In this document: positions 26,714 through 41,784 of the stretch, one piece after another
Layout: the number at the start of each line of letters is the position of its first letter
How positions within the stretch are numbered: the first letter of the stretch is position 1
Assembly: GCA_951406725.2 (NCBI GenBank)
Contig: OX597817.1
Span: 129,518,001-129,582,000, forward strand
DNA: 64,000 nt
DNA from: Octopus vulgaris
Taxonomy: Eukaryota
Reading direction: 5' to 3'
Position numbers and translations under genes: made by a program
Notes under the pieces: generated by a model
What the model was told of the DNA's origin: nothing
Database searches by the model: none
Seen by the model: the letters and a program-made list of their open reading frames with translations, nothing else

Positions 26714-26899
26714 CGGGAAGCTTCATGAAAATAAACAAAAGACGAAGGCAGGTGGAATACAAACAAACAATTGTATTAGTATGGCGCTCAGGAATATAAA
26801 TAAAACAAGTCTTTTACGTTTCGAGCCTACACTCTTCAACAGAAAAATACACAGAAAAGAAACAAGGAGAGAAAAAAATGCGTGCAGAGGCTAGCGAAT

Positions 26900-26972
<73 letters not shown>

Positions 26973-26983
26973 GATCGATCGAT

Positions 26984-27118
<135 letters not shown>

Positions 27119-27312
27119 GTATTATATGCGAGAGTGAATGTATGTTTTGTCCGCTTACATGTTAATGGGACACCGAGTAAGTTACAGGAAACTATATGAG
27201 CTAATACGGCAAGATTCAGACTCAAACTGTAAAGGAAGATTAGCAGACACTGTAGAAATTCTGTTAGGCAAGTCTTTTTAGAACTGAATGAAATTATCTC
27301 TTCTAATTTCAG

Positions 27313-27354
27313 CCGCTTCCAAAGCTGCAAATGCTACAACTGAACACGAAATGG
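27313..27354 (+). CDS. Micro-exon 10 (42 nt); AASKAANATTEHEM
   Basis: ttatctcttctaatttcag acceptor, gtaagttgatgtat donor. Confidence 0.82.
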
Positions 27355-27687
27355 GTAAGTTGATGTATATCTTTATGTTCGGGAAATGGTAAATCGGTTG
27401 CATTGACCCTACTGCTCAACTGGTACTTATTTTATAGACCCCAAAATTGTGAAAGGCAAAACTGACCAGGCGGCATGTGAACTCAGAATGTAAACACGGA
27501 GGAAATGTCGCTAAGCATTTTGTGCGGTGTACCAATGATTCCGCTGCCGCTATGTTCTGAGTTCAAATTCCGCCGAGGTCGACTTTGCCTTGGGTCGATA
27601 AATTTAGTACCAGTTGCGTACTAGAGTCGATCTAATCGACTGACCCCCTCCCCTAAAATTTCGGACCTTGTGCCTAGAGTAGAAAAG

Positions 27688-27688
<1 letters not shown>

Positions 27689-27779
<91 letters not shown>

Positions 27780-27784
27780 CATCA

Positions 27785-27849
<65 letters not shown>

Positions 27850-28272
27850 GAGTGAGAGAGCAGTTCATGCCATCAAAGTGACATTGGGGTAAAATATACG
27901 AAGCCCAATATACCCATCATGACTACCCGTCTGATAAGGGTACACTTGGCACATGCATCAGAGCCATATGTGCGCGACATGGTGATCTCATATCAAGATA
28001 AACAGCACATGACCTTGCAGGTGGGGCCCAGTTAGAATTTTCTTCAGGTTGAGTAGCCCATCCCGCTCAAAAGGTCCCTGAATAAGGGTTGTTTAAGTAT
28101 GTTGAACGAAACACCCATGTTTCCAGAGGTGAATTATTCAAGCCCCAGAGAATCCCTCTCAACACATGGCTATGATGCTCCCCCACTCCTTCTGCTCGTG
28201 ATCAGAGATGCAAATATCGTCAGCCACTAAGGGACATGCTCAACTGGTTAAGGTCAAACAACTGACAAGCAA

Positions 28273-28344
<72 letters not shown>

Positions 28345-28357
28345 ATAATCATTATTA

Positions 28358-28436
<79 letters not shown>

Positions 28437-28456
28437 TATTATTATTATTATTATTA

Positions 28457-28535
<79 letters not shown>
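27689..28535. repeat. (ATT)n tracts flanking repeat family D
   Basis: 27689-27849 and 28273-28535. Confidence 0.95.
27850..28270 (+). repeat. Interspersed repeat family D flanked by (ATT)n
   Basis: Reverse-complement copies at ~29750-29912, 30555-30782 and 30990-31425; class undetermined. Confidence 0.8.
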
Positions 28536-28536
<1 letters not shown>

Positions 28537-28542
28537 TACTTA

Positions 28543-29700
28543 TAATCTGCATGCCTATTACACTCACTTGCCGAGACACACCCAGCGTCCTGGTACAATT
28601 TGACAGAACGCTTAGGAGGGAAGTAGCAGGGGCAGTAGCAAGATATCTTCATGTAATACAACACAGACATTTAAATGAATAGGGTTTTTCCAAGGATGTG
28701 GGCAGTACTTGTCAGCACTATCTTTTGGATTTCTCAGAGATATGGTCAGAACCGTTTTGAAGAACATTAGGCTGGTAGTTTTTTTGTAAGCAAGCTTTGA
28801 TCTTGTGATGCCTATATGAAACCTTCAGTCTCTGCTTTCAGTCCTGAACTTCTCTGCCACTGATGAATTGTTGCTTGGTCTACATCAGCATTTCGACTTC
28901 GAAGTACATACTGTCCATGCAGAGGCTCCTGACTCCACGCTCCTCAATTTGTTTTTGCCTGTTCTTTTTTTGCAGTCTGCTTCATCTGTTTTGCTTGTAT
29001 CGTAGCAGTGGTTTCAGGTTCTTCAACTATTTCAGGGTTAATACCAAGTTCTCTTGCGAATTTGTAAGCTTCCTTGACAACAGAATGCTTTCTTGTTTTC
29101 TCACAAGCCGCAGCATCAAGTCCTCTATACTTAATAAGTACTTGTTCATTGCTATTGTGGCGGTCTTATAGCACAGTTCTACTTGCATCATTCCTCTTTC
29201 CACATTATTTCTACGTAGGTACAGACGATCAACGTCTACTTTTTGGGTGGTGCATATTCTTAGATGTTAATAGTTTTCTTGTCTTCTTGTTCAGGCTTTC
29301 GAGCTCTGTAAGATTTCAGTTAATGAGGTTAAAACTATATTGGACTACTGGAAGTGCCAGGGTGTTAATGGTTTCGATGCGATTTTTCGAGTTGAGTTCA
29401 GTTTTTAGTATGTCTTACTCTCTTGTAATTCTCCTTTCTTATTTTTTCCTTCATATCAGCATTTTCTATACCATCTCCTTCGTTTATCCCCAGGTATTTG
29501 TAATTTTCTTGTGGGTCAAGCTCCTTGATGGTAGAATCGGTATCTAATTTGCCTGAGCTTCCCTTTTACAAAAGTTGCTTTAGCACACTTATCAAAGCCA
29601 AAATCCAACCCGAAGTCATTCCTAAACTCTTTAACATTTGTTAGCAGCCCTACAAGTTCTTTGTCGTTTCAACCAAATAGCTTCAGATCGTTCATATAAG
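28543..29700 (-). mobile_element. 3' fragment of an R4/R2-like non-LTR retrotransposon ending in (TAA)n
   Basis: Reverse frames give DFGLDFGFDKCAK, YKYLG and IQKIVLTSTAHILGK; degenerate. Confidence 0.7.
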
Positions 29701-30186
29701 AGAGAGGGTTTATTGTTCTTTTTGTTGTTACAGCTTCTGTTATTGTTGTTCAGGGACCTTTTGAGAAAAATTCTAACTGGGCCCCATCTACAAGGTCAAG
29801 CGCTGTTTATCTTGATATGAGATCACCATATCATGCACATATGGTTGTGATGCATGTGCTTGGTGTACCCTAATGAAACGGATAGTCATGATAGATATAT
29901 TGGGCTTCGTATTGGGCTGAATTTGAACTCAGAATGTAGCAGCAGATGAAATACCTATTTCTTTACTACCCACAAGGGGCTAAACACAGAGAGGAAAAAC
30001 AAGGACAGACAAACGGATTAAGTCGATTATATCGACCCCACTGTGTAACTGGTACTTAATTTATCGACCCCGAAAGGATGAAAGGCAAAGTCGACCTCGG
30101 CGGAATTTGAACTCAGAACGTAACGGCAGACGAAATACGGCGACGCATTTCGCCCGGCGTGCTAACGTTTCTGCCAGCTCGCCGCC

Positions 30187-30258
<72 letters not shown>

Positions 30259-30316
30259 CTTTCTTTATTCACGGTGAAGTGCTCACAATTACTAACAATA
30301 GATTTTTCAATTTTAG

Positions 30317-30358
30317 ATACTGCCATGAACACAACAGATCCTACTGAAGATGCAAAGA
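30317..30358 (+). CDS. Micro-exon 11 (42 nt); DTAMNTTDPTEDAK
   Basis: tttttcaattttag acceptor, gtgagttgacac donor. Confidence 0.82.
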
Positions 30359-30782
30359 GTGAGTTGACACACGAATCATTTATCTTTTATCTTTTACTTG
30401 TTTCAGTCACTGGACTGCGACCAGTTGGGACACCACATTGAAGGGTTTAAACAGAACAAATGGATACCAGTGCTTAGCATTTATTTTTAAGCCTGCTACT
30501 AATTCTATCGGTTTCTTTGGCCACCGGTTCTGTCCCACTGTCCCACTGGACAGAACCTTTGAGTAACGGGATAGGCTACTCAACCAGAAGAAAATTCTAA
30601 CTGGGACCCACCTGCAAGGTCATGTGCTGTTTATCTTGATATGAGATCACCATGTCGCGCACATATGATTGTGATGCATGTGCCTGGTGAACTCTTATCA
30701 GACTGATAGTCATGATGGGTATACTGGGCTTCGTATATTTTACACCAGCGTCACTTTGATGGCATGCACTGCTCTCCTACTC

Positions 30783-30813
<31 letters not shown>

Positions 30814-31474
30814 TCAACAACAATAATTATAATAATAATAATTATGATAATAATGATGATAATAATAATAAGAGCAGCCTACCAGGCACTGGCTCTCGTG
30901 GCTTCTGATCTTAACTGATTAAAAGTGTTATCATGTACCTATTTTGTCTTGGTATAAAAGATGGGCTACAGCAAATATTCTGTTAAACGCCACAGATTTG
31001 CTCGTCAATTGCTTGGCCTTAACCAGTTGAGTACGTCCTTTTGTGGCTGACGATATGACGATATGTGCATCTCTGATCACGAGCAGAAGTAGTGGGGGAG
31101 CATCATAGCCATGTGTTAAGAGGAATTCTATGGGGTTTGAATAATTCACTTCTGGAAACATGGGTGTTTTGTTCAACATCCTTAAACAAACCTTATTATC
31201 AGGGACGTTTTGAGCGGGATGAGCAACTCGACCTGAAGAAAATTCTTAGACCCACCTACAAGGTCATGCACTGTGTATGTTGATATCATATCACCACGTC
31301 ACGCGTATATGGTTGTGATACATGTGTCTGGTGTACCCTTATCAGATGGGTAGTCATGATGGGTATATTAGGCTTCGTATATTTGCACTCCAGTGTCCCT
31401 TAGATAGCATGCGCTGCTTTACAATCAATAACAATGATAATACACACCTCTGTAGCTGATTATGCACTTCATAT

Positions 31475-32105
31475 TCTTTTCTACTCTAGGCGCAAGACCC
31501 GAAATTTTGGGGGAGAGAGCCAGTCGATAAGATCGACCCCAGTACGTAACTGGTGCTTAATTTACCCCCCACATACACTAACACACACACACCTCCCCAA
31601 AGGATGAATAGCAAAGTCAACTTCGGCGGAATTTGAACTCAGAACGTAAAGAGAGACGAAATACCTATTTCTATTTCTTTACTACCCACAAGGGGCTAAA
31701 CACAGAAGGGACAAACAAGGACAGACAAACGGATTAAGTTGATTATATCGACCCCATGGCGTAACTGGTACTTATTTAATCGACCCCGGCGGAATTTGAA
31801 CTCAGAACGTAGTGGCAGACGAAATACCTATTTCTTTATTACCCACAAGGGGCTAAACATAGAGGAGACAAACATGGACAGACATAGGTATTAAGTCGAT
31901 TATATCGGCCCCAGTGCGTAACTGGTACTTAATTTATCGACCCCGAAAGAATGAAAGGCAAAGTCGACCCCAGCGGAATTTGAACTCACAACGTTACGGC
32001 AGCCGAAATACCGCTAAGCATTTCGCCTGACGTACTAACGATTCTGCCAGCTCGCCGCTAATCATTTCGTCCAGAGTGCTAGCGACTCTGCCAGCTCGCC
32101 GCCTT
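31475..32105 (-). mobile_element. Tandem cluster of family B SINEs
   Basis: Three repeats of ggcggaatttgaactcagaacgta...gacgaaatacc. Confidence 0.85.
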
Positions 32106-32175
32106 ATTATGCACTCCATATGAGAAATGCAATGGTTTCTTGAATGTAAAATGTAAATAATATTATTTCTTCTAG

Positions 32176-32223
32176 TTTTACATACTACTACAAACGCAAA
32201 AGTTACTAGCATATATGCAAAGA
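32176..32223 (+). CDS. Micro-exon 12 (48 nt); ILHTTTNAKVTSIYAK
   Basis: tattatttcttctag acceptor, gtaagttgatatac donor. Confidence 0.78.
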
Positions 32224-32492
32224 GTAAGTTGATATACAAATCATTTATTTTTTATCTTTCATTTGTTTCAATCATTGAACTGCGACCATGTTGGGACCCC
32301 ACTTTAGAGGGCTTTATTGAACAAATGAACACCAGTAATTATTATCTGTTTTTAAGTCTGCTACTTTAGTCGATTTCTTTGGCCCTGCCGCTAAGTTACA
32401 GGAGCGCAAACAAACCACTACTGGTTGTTACGAGGGGAGGATCAGAGCACAAACACATACGCACACACATACTCAAACACACAAATAAATGT

Positions 32493-32547
<55 letters not shown>

Positions 32548-32615
32548 GGATGGATGGATGGATGGACGTGTGGGCGGGCAGACAGACATACAAACAGACA
32601 GACAGACAGACAGGC

Positions 32616-32702
<87 letters not shown>

Positions 32703-32725
32703 TAGATAGATAGATAGATAGATAT

Positions 32726-32774
<49 letters not shown>

Positions 32775-33535
32775 CAGATAGACAATTCTTTTATATCATT
32801 GGTGCGACATTTTAGCCAAAGTATATTGACAAGACAGGATGACCTTGTTTTTAAAAATGTCATAAGTTAGACCACGAGACAAAGAAATGCTTTGTGTCCA
32901 TATTAGGATAATGTGGAAATATATTTCGATAGAAGGATGTTTTATATTCTTTCATCCACTTCCAGATACAAACCCGGTCTACTAACGAAAACACCAATTT
33001 GTAGAAAGACGACATTGCACACCCATACACAAACACACTCCACATGTGCACGCAACCACACACTAATACAAAGCAACATATATTTATTTGTTCTGATCTA
33101 ACCGACTATATACCCTCTCTCCCTATAGTATAATAGACTCATGCTTGTATTTTTGTCATGGTTATTATCATAGTTGTTGTCATAGCTGTTGTTGTTGCTG
33201 GCACAGTTGTTGTTGTTGTTGCTGTTGATGTTGTTTTTGTTTAATCGCAGTTTAGTCCTGATGAAGTACATCTAAGATCACATAGGCTTCCACCAATAAT
33301 TATCCCGTATTTTTTTTCTTTCAGTATATCAAGATCTACATGAACTAGTTTGTCTTTATTTTAATATGATAGGGCTTTGATTTCTAGTACGCTGCCATAT
33401 AGGGATTCGCTCAATAGGCATACATCTGAACTTCTAACTTCAACTAGTGAATAAATATGTCTTATTAATTCAATAATTGTAGTCTTTACTTTAAAAAACA
33501 TTTTGTTTCTTTTCTTTTTCTTTTACCATTTTCAG

Positions 33536-33577
33536 CTAGTTCCAACGATACAGCTTTTCACCCTGAAGCCGCTTTAA
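33536..33577 (+). CDS. Micro-exon 13 (42 nt, cassette copy 1); TSSNDTAFHPEAAL
   Basis: Long pyrimidine tract + ttttcag, gtaagttggt donor; one of 5 paralogous exons. Confidence 0.85.
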   Translation, partial: LVPTIQLFTLKPL

Positions 33578-33589
33578 GTAAGTTGGTAA

Positions 33590-33622
<33 letters not shown>

Positions 33623-34629
33623 TGTATGTATGTATGTATGTATGTATGCGTGTGTGTATGTGTGCGTAAATTTATGCTTAATAACAAATTTCACTGTAAA
33701 AATAATTTCACGTGTTCATCAAAGAATATATTTTATGCTATTTAATATAGTGGCTGTAACGAAAATTGCAAGACATACGAGATTTTAAGAAACAGACTCA
33801 GCATGTATGTATGTATGTATGTCAACAAATACGGGATCCTAATACTGGACAGATTCCGCTAAGTGAACATCTAAAATTATGGGCAACAAAAAATCACCAA
33901 AATTCCTTCTCACTTAACTTTTGTTCTGTAAAAAACAAGATCAAATACACACACACACACACACATACACACACGCACATGCGCACAAACAAGCTGCTTG
34001 CGGATTGGTCCAAACCGTATACCAAATCGTTAGCTTGGAGTGTTCGAAGAGGTGTTACAGTTCTCAGGAACTTAACTGTTAATTAAATACATTTTGAAAT
34101 GTGATGATTACTAAGAACTTATGAAAGCACTAATTGATCTTTATATACATTACAAATGATCTTTTAATGTTAAAATACCATAATAAAAAAGGTGAAAAGT
34201 AGGCCATGTTTTAACTTTATTCAGCTGTTATATTATTCTACACACATTCACACAAATTCGGAATATATATATATATATATATATTTACATGCACATGTAT
34301 ATATACATACACACATACACAAACGCATCATCTTCCAGCTTTTTACACATCTTAGAAGAAAAAGAGAATATGGCCTTGACTCCATAAGGGTCAATCGCTA
34401 TAAAACGAGACAGCCAGTTATACCAAGATCTACATGGACTACTTTATCTTTATTTTAATATGGCAGGAATGTGATTTCCAGGACGCTACCATATAGGGAT
34501 TCAATCAATGGGTATACACCTGAACGTCTAACTTCAACTAGTGAAAAAGTATTTCTTATTAATTCAATAATTGTAGTCTTTACTTTAAAAAATATTTTGT
34601 TTCTTTTCTTTTTCTTATACCTTTTTCAG

Positions 34630-34671
34630 CTAGAGTCGATGATACAGCTTTTAACCCTGAAGCCGATTTAA
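34630..34671 (+). CDS. Micro-exon 14 (42 nt, cassette copy 2); TRVDDTAFNPEADL
   Basis: ctttttcag acceptor, gtaagtcggt donor. Confidence 0.85.
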   Translation, partial: LESMIQLLTLKPI

Positions 34672-35034
34672 GTAAGTCGGTAAATATATATATGTATGCA
34701 TGTGTGTGTGTATGTGTGCATAAATTTATGCTTAAAAACAAATTTCACTGTAAAAATAATTTCACATGGTCATCAAAGAATACATTTTATGCTATTTAAT
34801 GTAGTCGTTGCAACGAAAATTACAAAGTCAAACGAGATTTTGAGAAACACACTCAGTATTCACAGGCAAGAAATACGAGATCCTAATACTGGACAGATAC
34901 ATCTAAGTGAACATTTAAACTTATGAGCAACAAAAAATCACCGAAATTCCTTCACACTTAACTTTTGTTCCGTAAAAAACAAGATCAAATACACACACAA
35001 ACCCCAGACACACACATACATACATACATACATA

Positions 35035-35475
<441 letters not shown>

Positions 35476-35961
35476 AAGGGAAAGTTTACGAAAATAAACA
35501 AAAGACGAAAGCAAGTGGAGTACAAACGAATAAATGTATTAGTATAGCGCTCAGGAATAGAAAAAGTCTTTTACGTTTCGAGCCTACGCTCTTCGACAGA
35601 AAGATACACAGAAAAAACAGGGAGAGGAAAAAATGCGTGTAGGAGCTAACGATCTATCATGTCGTCCATACACGCACGCACGCACCACGAAGCTGCATGC
35701 GGGTTGGTCAAAACCGTATACCAAATCGTTAGCTTGGAGTGTTCGAAGAGGTGTTACAGTTCTCAGGAACTTAACTGTTAATTAAATACATTTTGAAATG
35801 TGATGATTACTAAGAACTTATGAAAGCACTAATTGATCTTTATATACATTACAAATGATCTTTTAATGTTAAAATACCATAATAAAAAAGGTGAAAAGTA
35901 GGCCATGTTTTAACTTTATTCAACTGATATATTATTCTACACACATTCACACAAATTCGGA

Positions 35962-35996
<35 letters not shown>

Positions 35997-36375
35997 ACAT
36001 GCACATGTATATATACATACACACATACACAAACGCATCATCTTCCAGCTTTTTACACATCTTAGAAGAAAAAGAGAATATGGCCTTGACTCCATAAGGG
36101 TCAATCGCTATAAAACGAGACAGCCAGTTATACCAAGATCTACATGGACTACTTTATCTTTATTTTAATATGGCAGGAATGTGATTTCCAGGAAGCTACC
36201 ATATAGGGATTCAATCAATGGGTATACACCTGAACGTCTAACTTCAAATAGTGAAAAAGTATTTCTTATTAATTCAATAATTGTAGTCTTTACTTTAAAA
36301 AATATTTTGTTTCTTTTCTTTTTCTTTACTTTAAAGAATATTTTGTTTCTTTTCTTTTTCTTATACCATTTTCAG

Positions 36376-36417
36376 CTAGAGTCGACGATACAGCTTTTAA
36401 CCCTGATGCTGCTTTAA
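36376..36417 (+). CDS. Micro-exon 15 (42 nt, cassette copy 3); TRVDDTAFNPDAAL
   Basis: ccattttcag acceptor, gtaagttgat donor. Confidence 0.85.
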   Translation, partial: LESTIQLLTLMLL

Positions 36418-37172
36418 GTAAGTTGATAAACATACATATGTATGCATGTGTGTGTGTATGTGTGCGTAAATTTATGCTTAAAAACAAAATTCACTGTAAA
36501 AATAATAGCATAAAATTATACTTTATGCTATTTAATGTAGTGGGTGCAAGGAAAATTACAAAAGTCAAACGAGATTTTAAGAAACAGACACAGTATTCAT
36601 AGGCAAGAAATACGAGATCCTAATACTGGACAGATTCCGCTAAGTGCACATTTAAGCCTATGAGCAACAAAAACTCACCAAAATTCCTTCTCACTTAACT
36701 TTTGTTCTGTAAAAAACAAGATCAAATACACACACACACACACGACCAAGCTGCATGCGGATTGGTCAAAACCGTATTCCAAAACTTGGAGTGTTCTAAG
36801 AGGTACTACAGTTGTCAAGAACTCAACTGTCAATTAAATACATTTTGAAATCTGATGATTACTACAAACGTATGAAAGTACTAATTGAACTTTATGTACA
36901 TTACAAAATATTCTTTTAGTGCTAAAACACCATAACACAAAAGGTGAAAAGTAGGCCATGTTTTAACTTTATTCAACTGATATATTATTCTACATACATT
37001 CACACAAATATGAAAATAATGGTGACTGAGAGATTTGACTGCTATTTCGGCATGGTGGTGTCTCTCAGACGCCCTTATTTTTAGTTGTAAAAAATTTTTA
37101 CTTTTGTATGGTATTTATTCTCGTGCTGGCCACTTGATAATATCGATATTATCCTTATTTATAAATAAATAA

Positions 37173-37240
<68 letters not shown>

Positions 37241-37249
37241 ATATATATG

Positions 37250-37282
<33 letters not shown>

Positions 37283-37293
37283 GTATGTGTATA

Positions 37294-37333
<40 letters not shown>

Positions 37334-37344
37334 TATATATACGG

Positions 37345-39599
37345 GTGTGTGTGATTGTGTATAGAAGAATATATTAATAAAAGGAATTCCAACCTTGTCT
37401 GATTTTCACGTTTTATTTACAATCTTATAATGATATAAGATAATATAATATAATAAAATAAAATAAAATAATAGAATGTTAAATGTTCATTCTGATTGAA
37501 CTAGTACTTTCATGCATTAAATTCTGCAATCTTCAGGTTCATGTAGTAGTGGTAACAGTCATGCTTCACAATTTTTTACTGTAGCGAGATGATTGAATCT
37601 GTACCTTAAATACAGCTGTGTAGGCTTCAGATTGCTAGGTTTTGCAAACTGTATTCTGACCAATCAGTGTGTAGTATCACTCAGTTACTTAAGCTGATTG
37701 GTTGGTTGAGCTGATTGGTTTAGGCGTCACGCTTTGTTGGACATGTCAAGAGTCCTGTATCTTGACCCTGGCCGAAGCAGCAATTGTTGGGCTATTTTTA
37801 GAAATGTAAATAGCCTTGTCAGAGATTTTTATATTTTTATATTTCAATTGTTATCATTATCATTGTCAGCACCTTAATTATTGTTGCTAGTGGTGATGGT
37901 AGTGGCAATAGAACTTTTAGCCCTAAATAAGATAGTTTTCCTGCTATCTAAGTATTATTATTATTGCTTATTTAGCTTGGGTTCGAATTTATCAATAAAA
38001 TTCTTTTCTCTGATTTTCCTCTCGATTTCACTTGAGCTGTGTAATTTGTAGAATGGAAATATTATATATATTTTCCGACCACATGTTGCTAGGTGGTCAC
38101 TCAAAGGTATCTGACGGACCTCTGGGTCTCTAATCTGCTGTCGGTGTACACGTGTGCGTTCTGATAGTGCATTTCCCGTCTGACCTACATATATTTCTTC
38201 ACAATTTGGGCATTTGATGCAGTAAATTAAATATCTGCTTTTGCAGTTCATATTCGCGTTTGTGAATATTTTCCCGGTTTTTGTGTTTATATATTGGCCG
38301 GTATGTATGAATTGGCATGTGCCACATCAGCTATCATTGCATTTAGATACAGTGAATATTTGGTCTTTGTTGCTAAGGTCAAATTTTGCCTTTGTTAGTA
38401 ATTTTTTCAAGATTTTAGGCTGTCTTTTACTAAGAACCAAAGCTCGATCCGTGATTATGTCTTTTAATTCATTACTTTGGGCAATGATTGGTAGTTTTGC
38501 TTTGGCAATGTTGAAGATATTCTGGTGACATGGGTTGTGTGTCACTATGAATGGTATGACTTGTTCTTGTTTTCCCCTTCCTTGGGTTGTCCTAAGTTGT
38601 TGTATGGGTATTTTTATAGCCCGCTGTATGCCATTTTCTATAAATAGAGATGGGTATTTTTGTTTGAGCAAAAATTCTCTTAGTTCTGTTAAAATAATAA
38701 TTGTTCCTGATATTTGCATCTTCTATAATGGTACAAGTTCTTCTGGCTAGGCAGTATGGGATGTTGCGTTTTGTATGTGGTGGATGGCACGACTTAAAAT
38801 TTAGGTATTGATGTGTGTCTGTGTGTTTATAGTATATATCTGTGGTGATGGTGGTGTCTTTTTTAATTACCATTATATCTAGGAATGGTAATTTGGTACT
38901 ACTCATCTCCTTTGTAAATTGGAGTGATGTTTGCAGGTTGTTCAGGAGGATATTGAACTCTTCCAGAGTATTTAGAGATTCTGTCCAGATTATGAAGCAG
39001 TCATCAAGGTATCTCTTCCATGCCTTTTCAATATACTTTCTAAATCCAGTGCCATAGTTTACCTCCACCTCTTTGTAGAGTTGTTGTTCTAAGTATCCCA
39101 TTACAGAGTTGGCGTAAACAGGAGCAAACCTCGTTCTCATCGCCGTACCTCTAATTTGGATGTAATTCTTTCCATTGAAGAAGAATGTGTTGTTTTCTAG
39201 AATAAGTTTGACTGTGTCTAATATAAATGGCATTGTGAATCTTCTGGGAATCACTTCTCTGTGTTTTTCTAACCAGTATTTAATCGCCTTTATTCCCAAA
39301 TCGTGTGGAATATTGGTGTAGAGGCTTACCACATCAAAACTTAGTAAAACTGAATTTGTTTCTGTTGTTTTGGGAAGATGGGACTGGAAGTCGATGTCAT
39401 CCCTGATGAAACTGGGTATGTAAGTCCTCCTGCCTGTTTGGTGATATCTTGTGTCTCTGTGTTTGCGTATTGGGTCTAAAAAATGAATGCGGTGGTTGGG
39501 ACGGTAGCTATCATATAGTTGTTCCTTGTTGACGTGGGGTGCCCTGTTGTGATTTATGGTGTGTTCTTGGAACAGTATTGAAAAGTGCGTCCCGATATC

Positions 39600-39600
<1 letters not shown>
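37345..39600 (-). mobile_element. Penelope-like retroelement: RT plus GIY-YIG endonuclease, frameshifted and 5'-truncated
   Basis: SFDVVSLYTNIP, RGTAM, RYLDD, LPFLD, YYKHTDTHQYL; LIYCIKC..C..IYVGQTG..LSERTRVH; hammerhead motif in the 3' region. Confidence 0.93.
37497..37541 (-). ncRNA. Type I hammerhead ribozyme in the Penelope 3' region
   Basis: Reverse strand UGAAC-CUGAAGA-UUGCA-GAAUUUAA-UGCAU-GAAAG-UA-CUA-GUUCA. Confidence 0.75.
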
Positions 39601-39646
<46 letters not shown>

Positions 39647-39978
39647 TGTATATATACATACACACATACACACACGTATCATCTTCTTCCAGCATTTCAC
39701 GCACCTTAGATAAAAAAGAGAATATGGCCTTGACTTCATAAAGGTCAATAGTTATAAAACGAGTCAGCCAGTTACATCAAGATCTACATGAACTAGTTTA
39801 TCTTTATTTTAATATGGTAGCGATGTGATTTCCAGTACGCTACCATATAGGGATCCGCTCAATAGGCATACACCAGATCTTTCAACTAGTGAAAAAGTAT
39901 TTCTTATTAATTCAATAAATGTAGTCTTTACTTTAAAAAAATATTTTATTTCTTTTCTTTTTCTTTTACCATTTTCAG

Positions 39979-40020
39979 CTAGTTTCGTCGATACAGGATT
40001 TAACCCTGAAGCCGCTTTCG
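39979..40020 (+). CDS. Micro-exon 16 (42 nt, cassette copy 4); TSFVDTGFNPEAAF
   Basis: ccattttcag acceptor, gtaagtt donor. Confidence 0.85.
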
Positions 40021-40027
40021 GTAAGTT

Positions 40028-40251
40028 ACTATTTACTCTCTTTTACTCTTTTGCTTGTTTCAGTCATTTGACTGCGGCCATGTTGAAGCACCGCCTTTAG
40101 TCGAGCAAATCGACCCCAGGATTATTCTTTGTAAGCCTAGTACTTATTCTCTCTGTCTCTTTTGCCGTTCCGCTAAGTTACGGGGACGTAAACACACCAG
40201 CATCGGTTGTTAAGTGATGCTGGAGGACAAACACAGACACACAAGCATACC

Positions 40252-40309
<58 letters not shown>

Positions 40310-40474
40310 TATGACGAGCTTCTTTCAGTTTCCGTATACTAAATCTACTCACAAGGCTTTGGTCGGCCCGGAGCTATAGCAGAAGACACTTGCCCAAGGT
40401 GCTACACATTGCGACTGAACCTGGAACCATGTGGTTAGTAAGCAAGCTATTTACCACACAGCCACTCCTGCGCC
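40028..40474 (-). mobile_element. SINE family A inserted just after the exon 16 donor
   Basis: Full copy; its 3' part is repeated at 41563-41790 in cassette copy 5. Confidence 0.9.
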
Positions 40475-40798
40475 TATGTTGGTAAACATACATATGTATG
40501 CGTGTGTGTATGTGTGCGTAAATTTATGCTTAAAAACAACTTTCATTGTAAAAATAATTTCACGTTTTCATCAAAGAATACATTTTATCCTATTTAATGT
40601 AGTCGATGCAACGAAAATTACAAAAGTCAAACGAGATTTTGAGAAACACACTCAGTATTCATAGGCAACAAATACGAGTTTCTAATACTGGACAGATTCC
40701 TCTGAATGAACATTTAAACTTAAGAGCAACAAAAAATCGCCGAAATTCCCTCTCACTTAATTTTTGTTCTATAAAAAAACAAGATCAAATACACACAC

Positions 40799-40866
<68 letters not shown>

Positions 40867-41132
40867 CCAAGCTGCATGCGGATTGGTCAAAACCGTATTC
40901 CAAAACTTTAGCTTGTTGGAGCGTTCTAAGAAGTACTACAGTTGTCAAGAACTAAACTGTCAGTTAAATACATTTTGAAATCTGATGATTACTACGAACG
41001 AATGAAAGCACTAATCGATCTTTATGTACGTTACAAAATATTCTTTTAATGTTAAAATACCATAATAAAAAAGGTGAAAACCAGGCCATGCTTTAACTGA
41101 TATATCATTCTATACACATTCGAACAAATTCG

Positions 41133-41199
<67 letters not shown>

Positions 41200-41513
41200 A
41201 TGTATATATGCATACACACATACACACACTTATTATCTTCTTCCAGCATTTTACGCACCTTAGATAAAAAAAGAGAATATGGCCTTGACTTCATAAAGGT
41301 CAATTGTTATAAAATGAGCCACCCAGTTATATCAAGATTTACGTGAACTAGTTTATCTTTATTTTAATATGGTAGCGGTGTGATTTCCAGTACGCTACCA
41401 TATAGGGATCCGCTCAATAGGCATACACCAGATCTTTCAACTAGTGAAAAAGTATTTCTTATAAATTCAATAAAAATATTTTGTTTCTTTTCTTTTTCTT
41501 TTGCCCTTTTTAG

Positions 41514-41555
41514 CCAGTTCCGACGATACACCTTTTAACCCTAAAGTCGCCAAAA
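41514..41555 (+). CDS. Micro-exon 17 (42 nt, cassette copy 5); ASSDDTPFNPKVAK
   Basis: gccctttttag acceptor, gtaagtt donor. Confidence 0.85.
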
Positions 41556-41784
41556 GTAAGTTACTCTTTACTCTCTTACTCTTTTGCTTGTTTCAGTCAT
41601 TTGACTGCGGCCATGCTGAAGCACTGCCTTTAGTCGAGCAAATAGACCCCAGGACTTATTCTTTGTAAGCCTAGTACTTATTCTATCGGTCTTATTTGCC
41701 GAACCGCTAGGTTACGGGGACGTAAACACACCAGTATCGGTTGTCAAGCGATGTTAGGGGACAAACACAGATACACAAACATAT

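Noticed and set aside
27670-28460. Poly-Ile and poly-Asn ORFs
   Set aside because: (ATT)n tracts associated with SINE and LINE tails
34471-34671. Repeated ORFs MISR.LPYRDSING... in cassette copies
   Set aside because: Non-ATG starts running through the polypyrimidine tract; conservation is explained by recent duplication, and the splice-defined 42-nt exon is the better model
38592-39704. 370-aa RT ORF as an intact host gene or active element
   Set aside because: N-terminus is read-through from cassette and microsatellite DNA; RT is 5'-truncated and frameshifted from the GIY-YIG part
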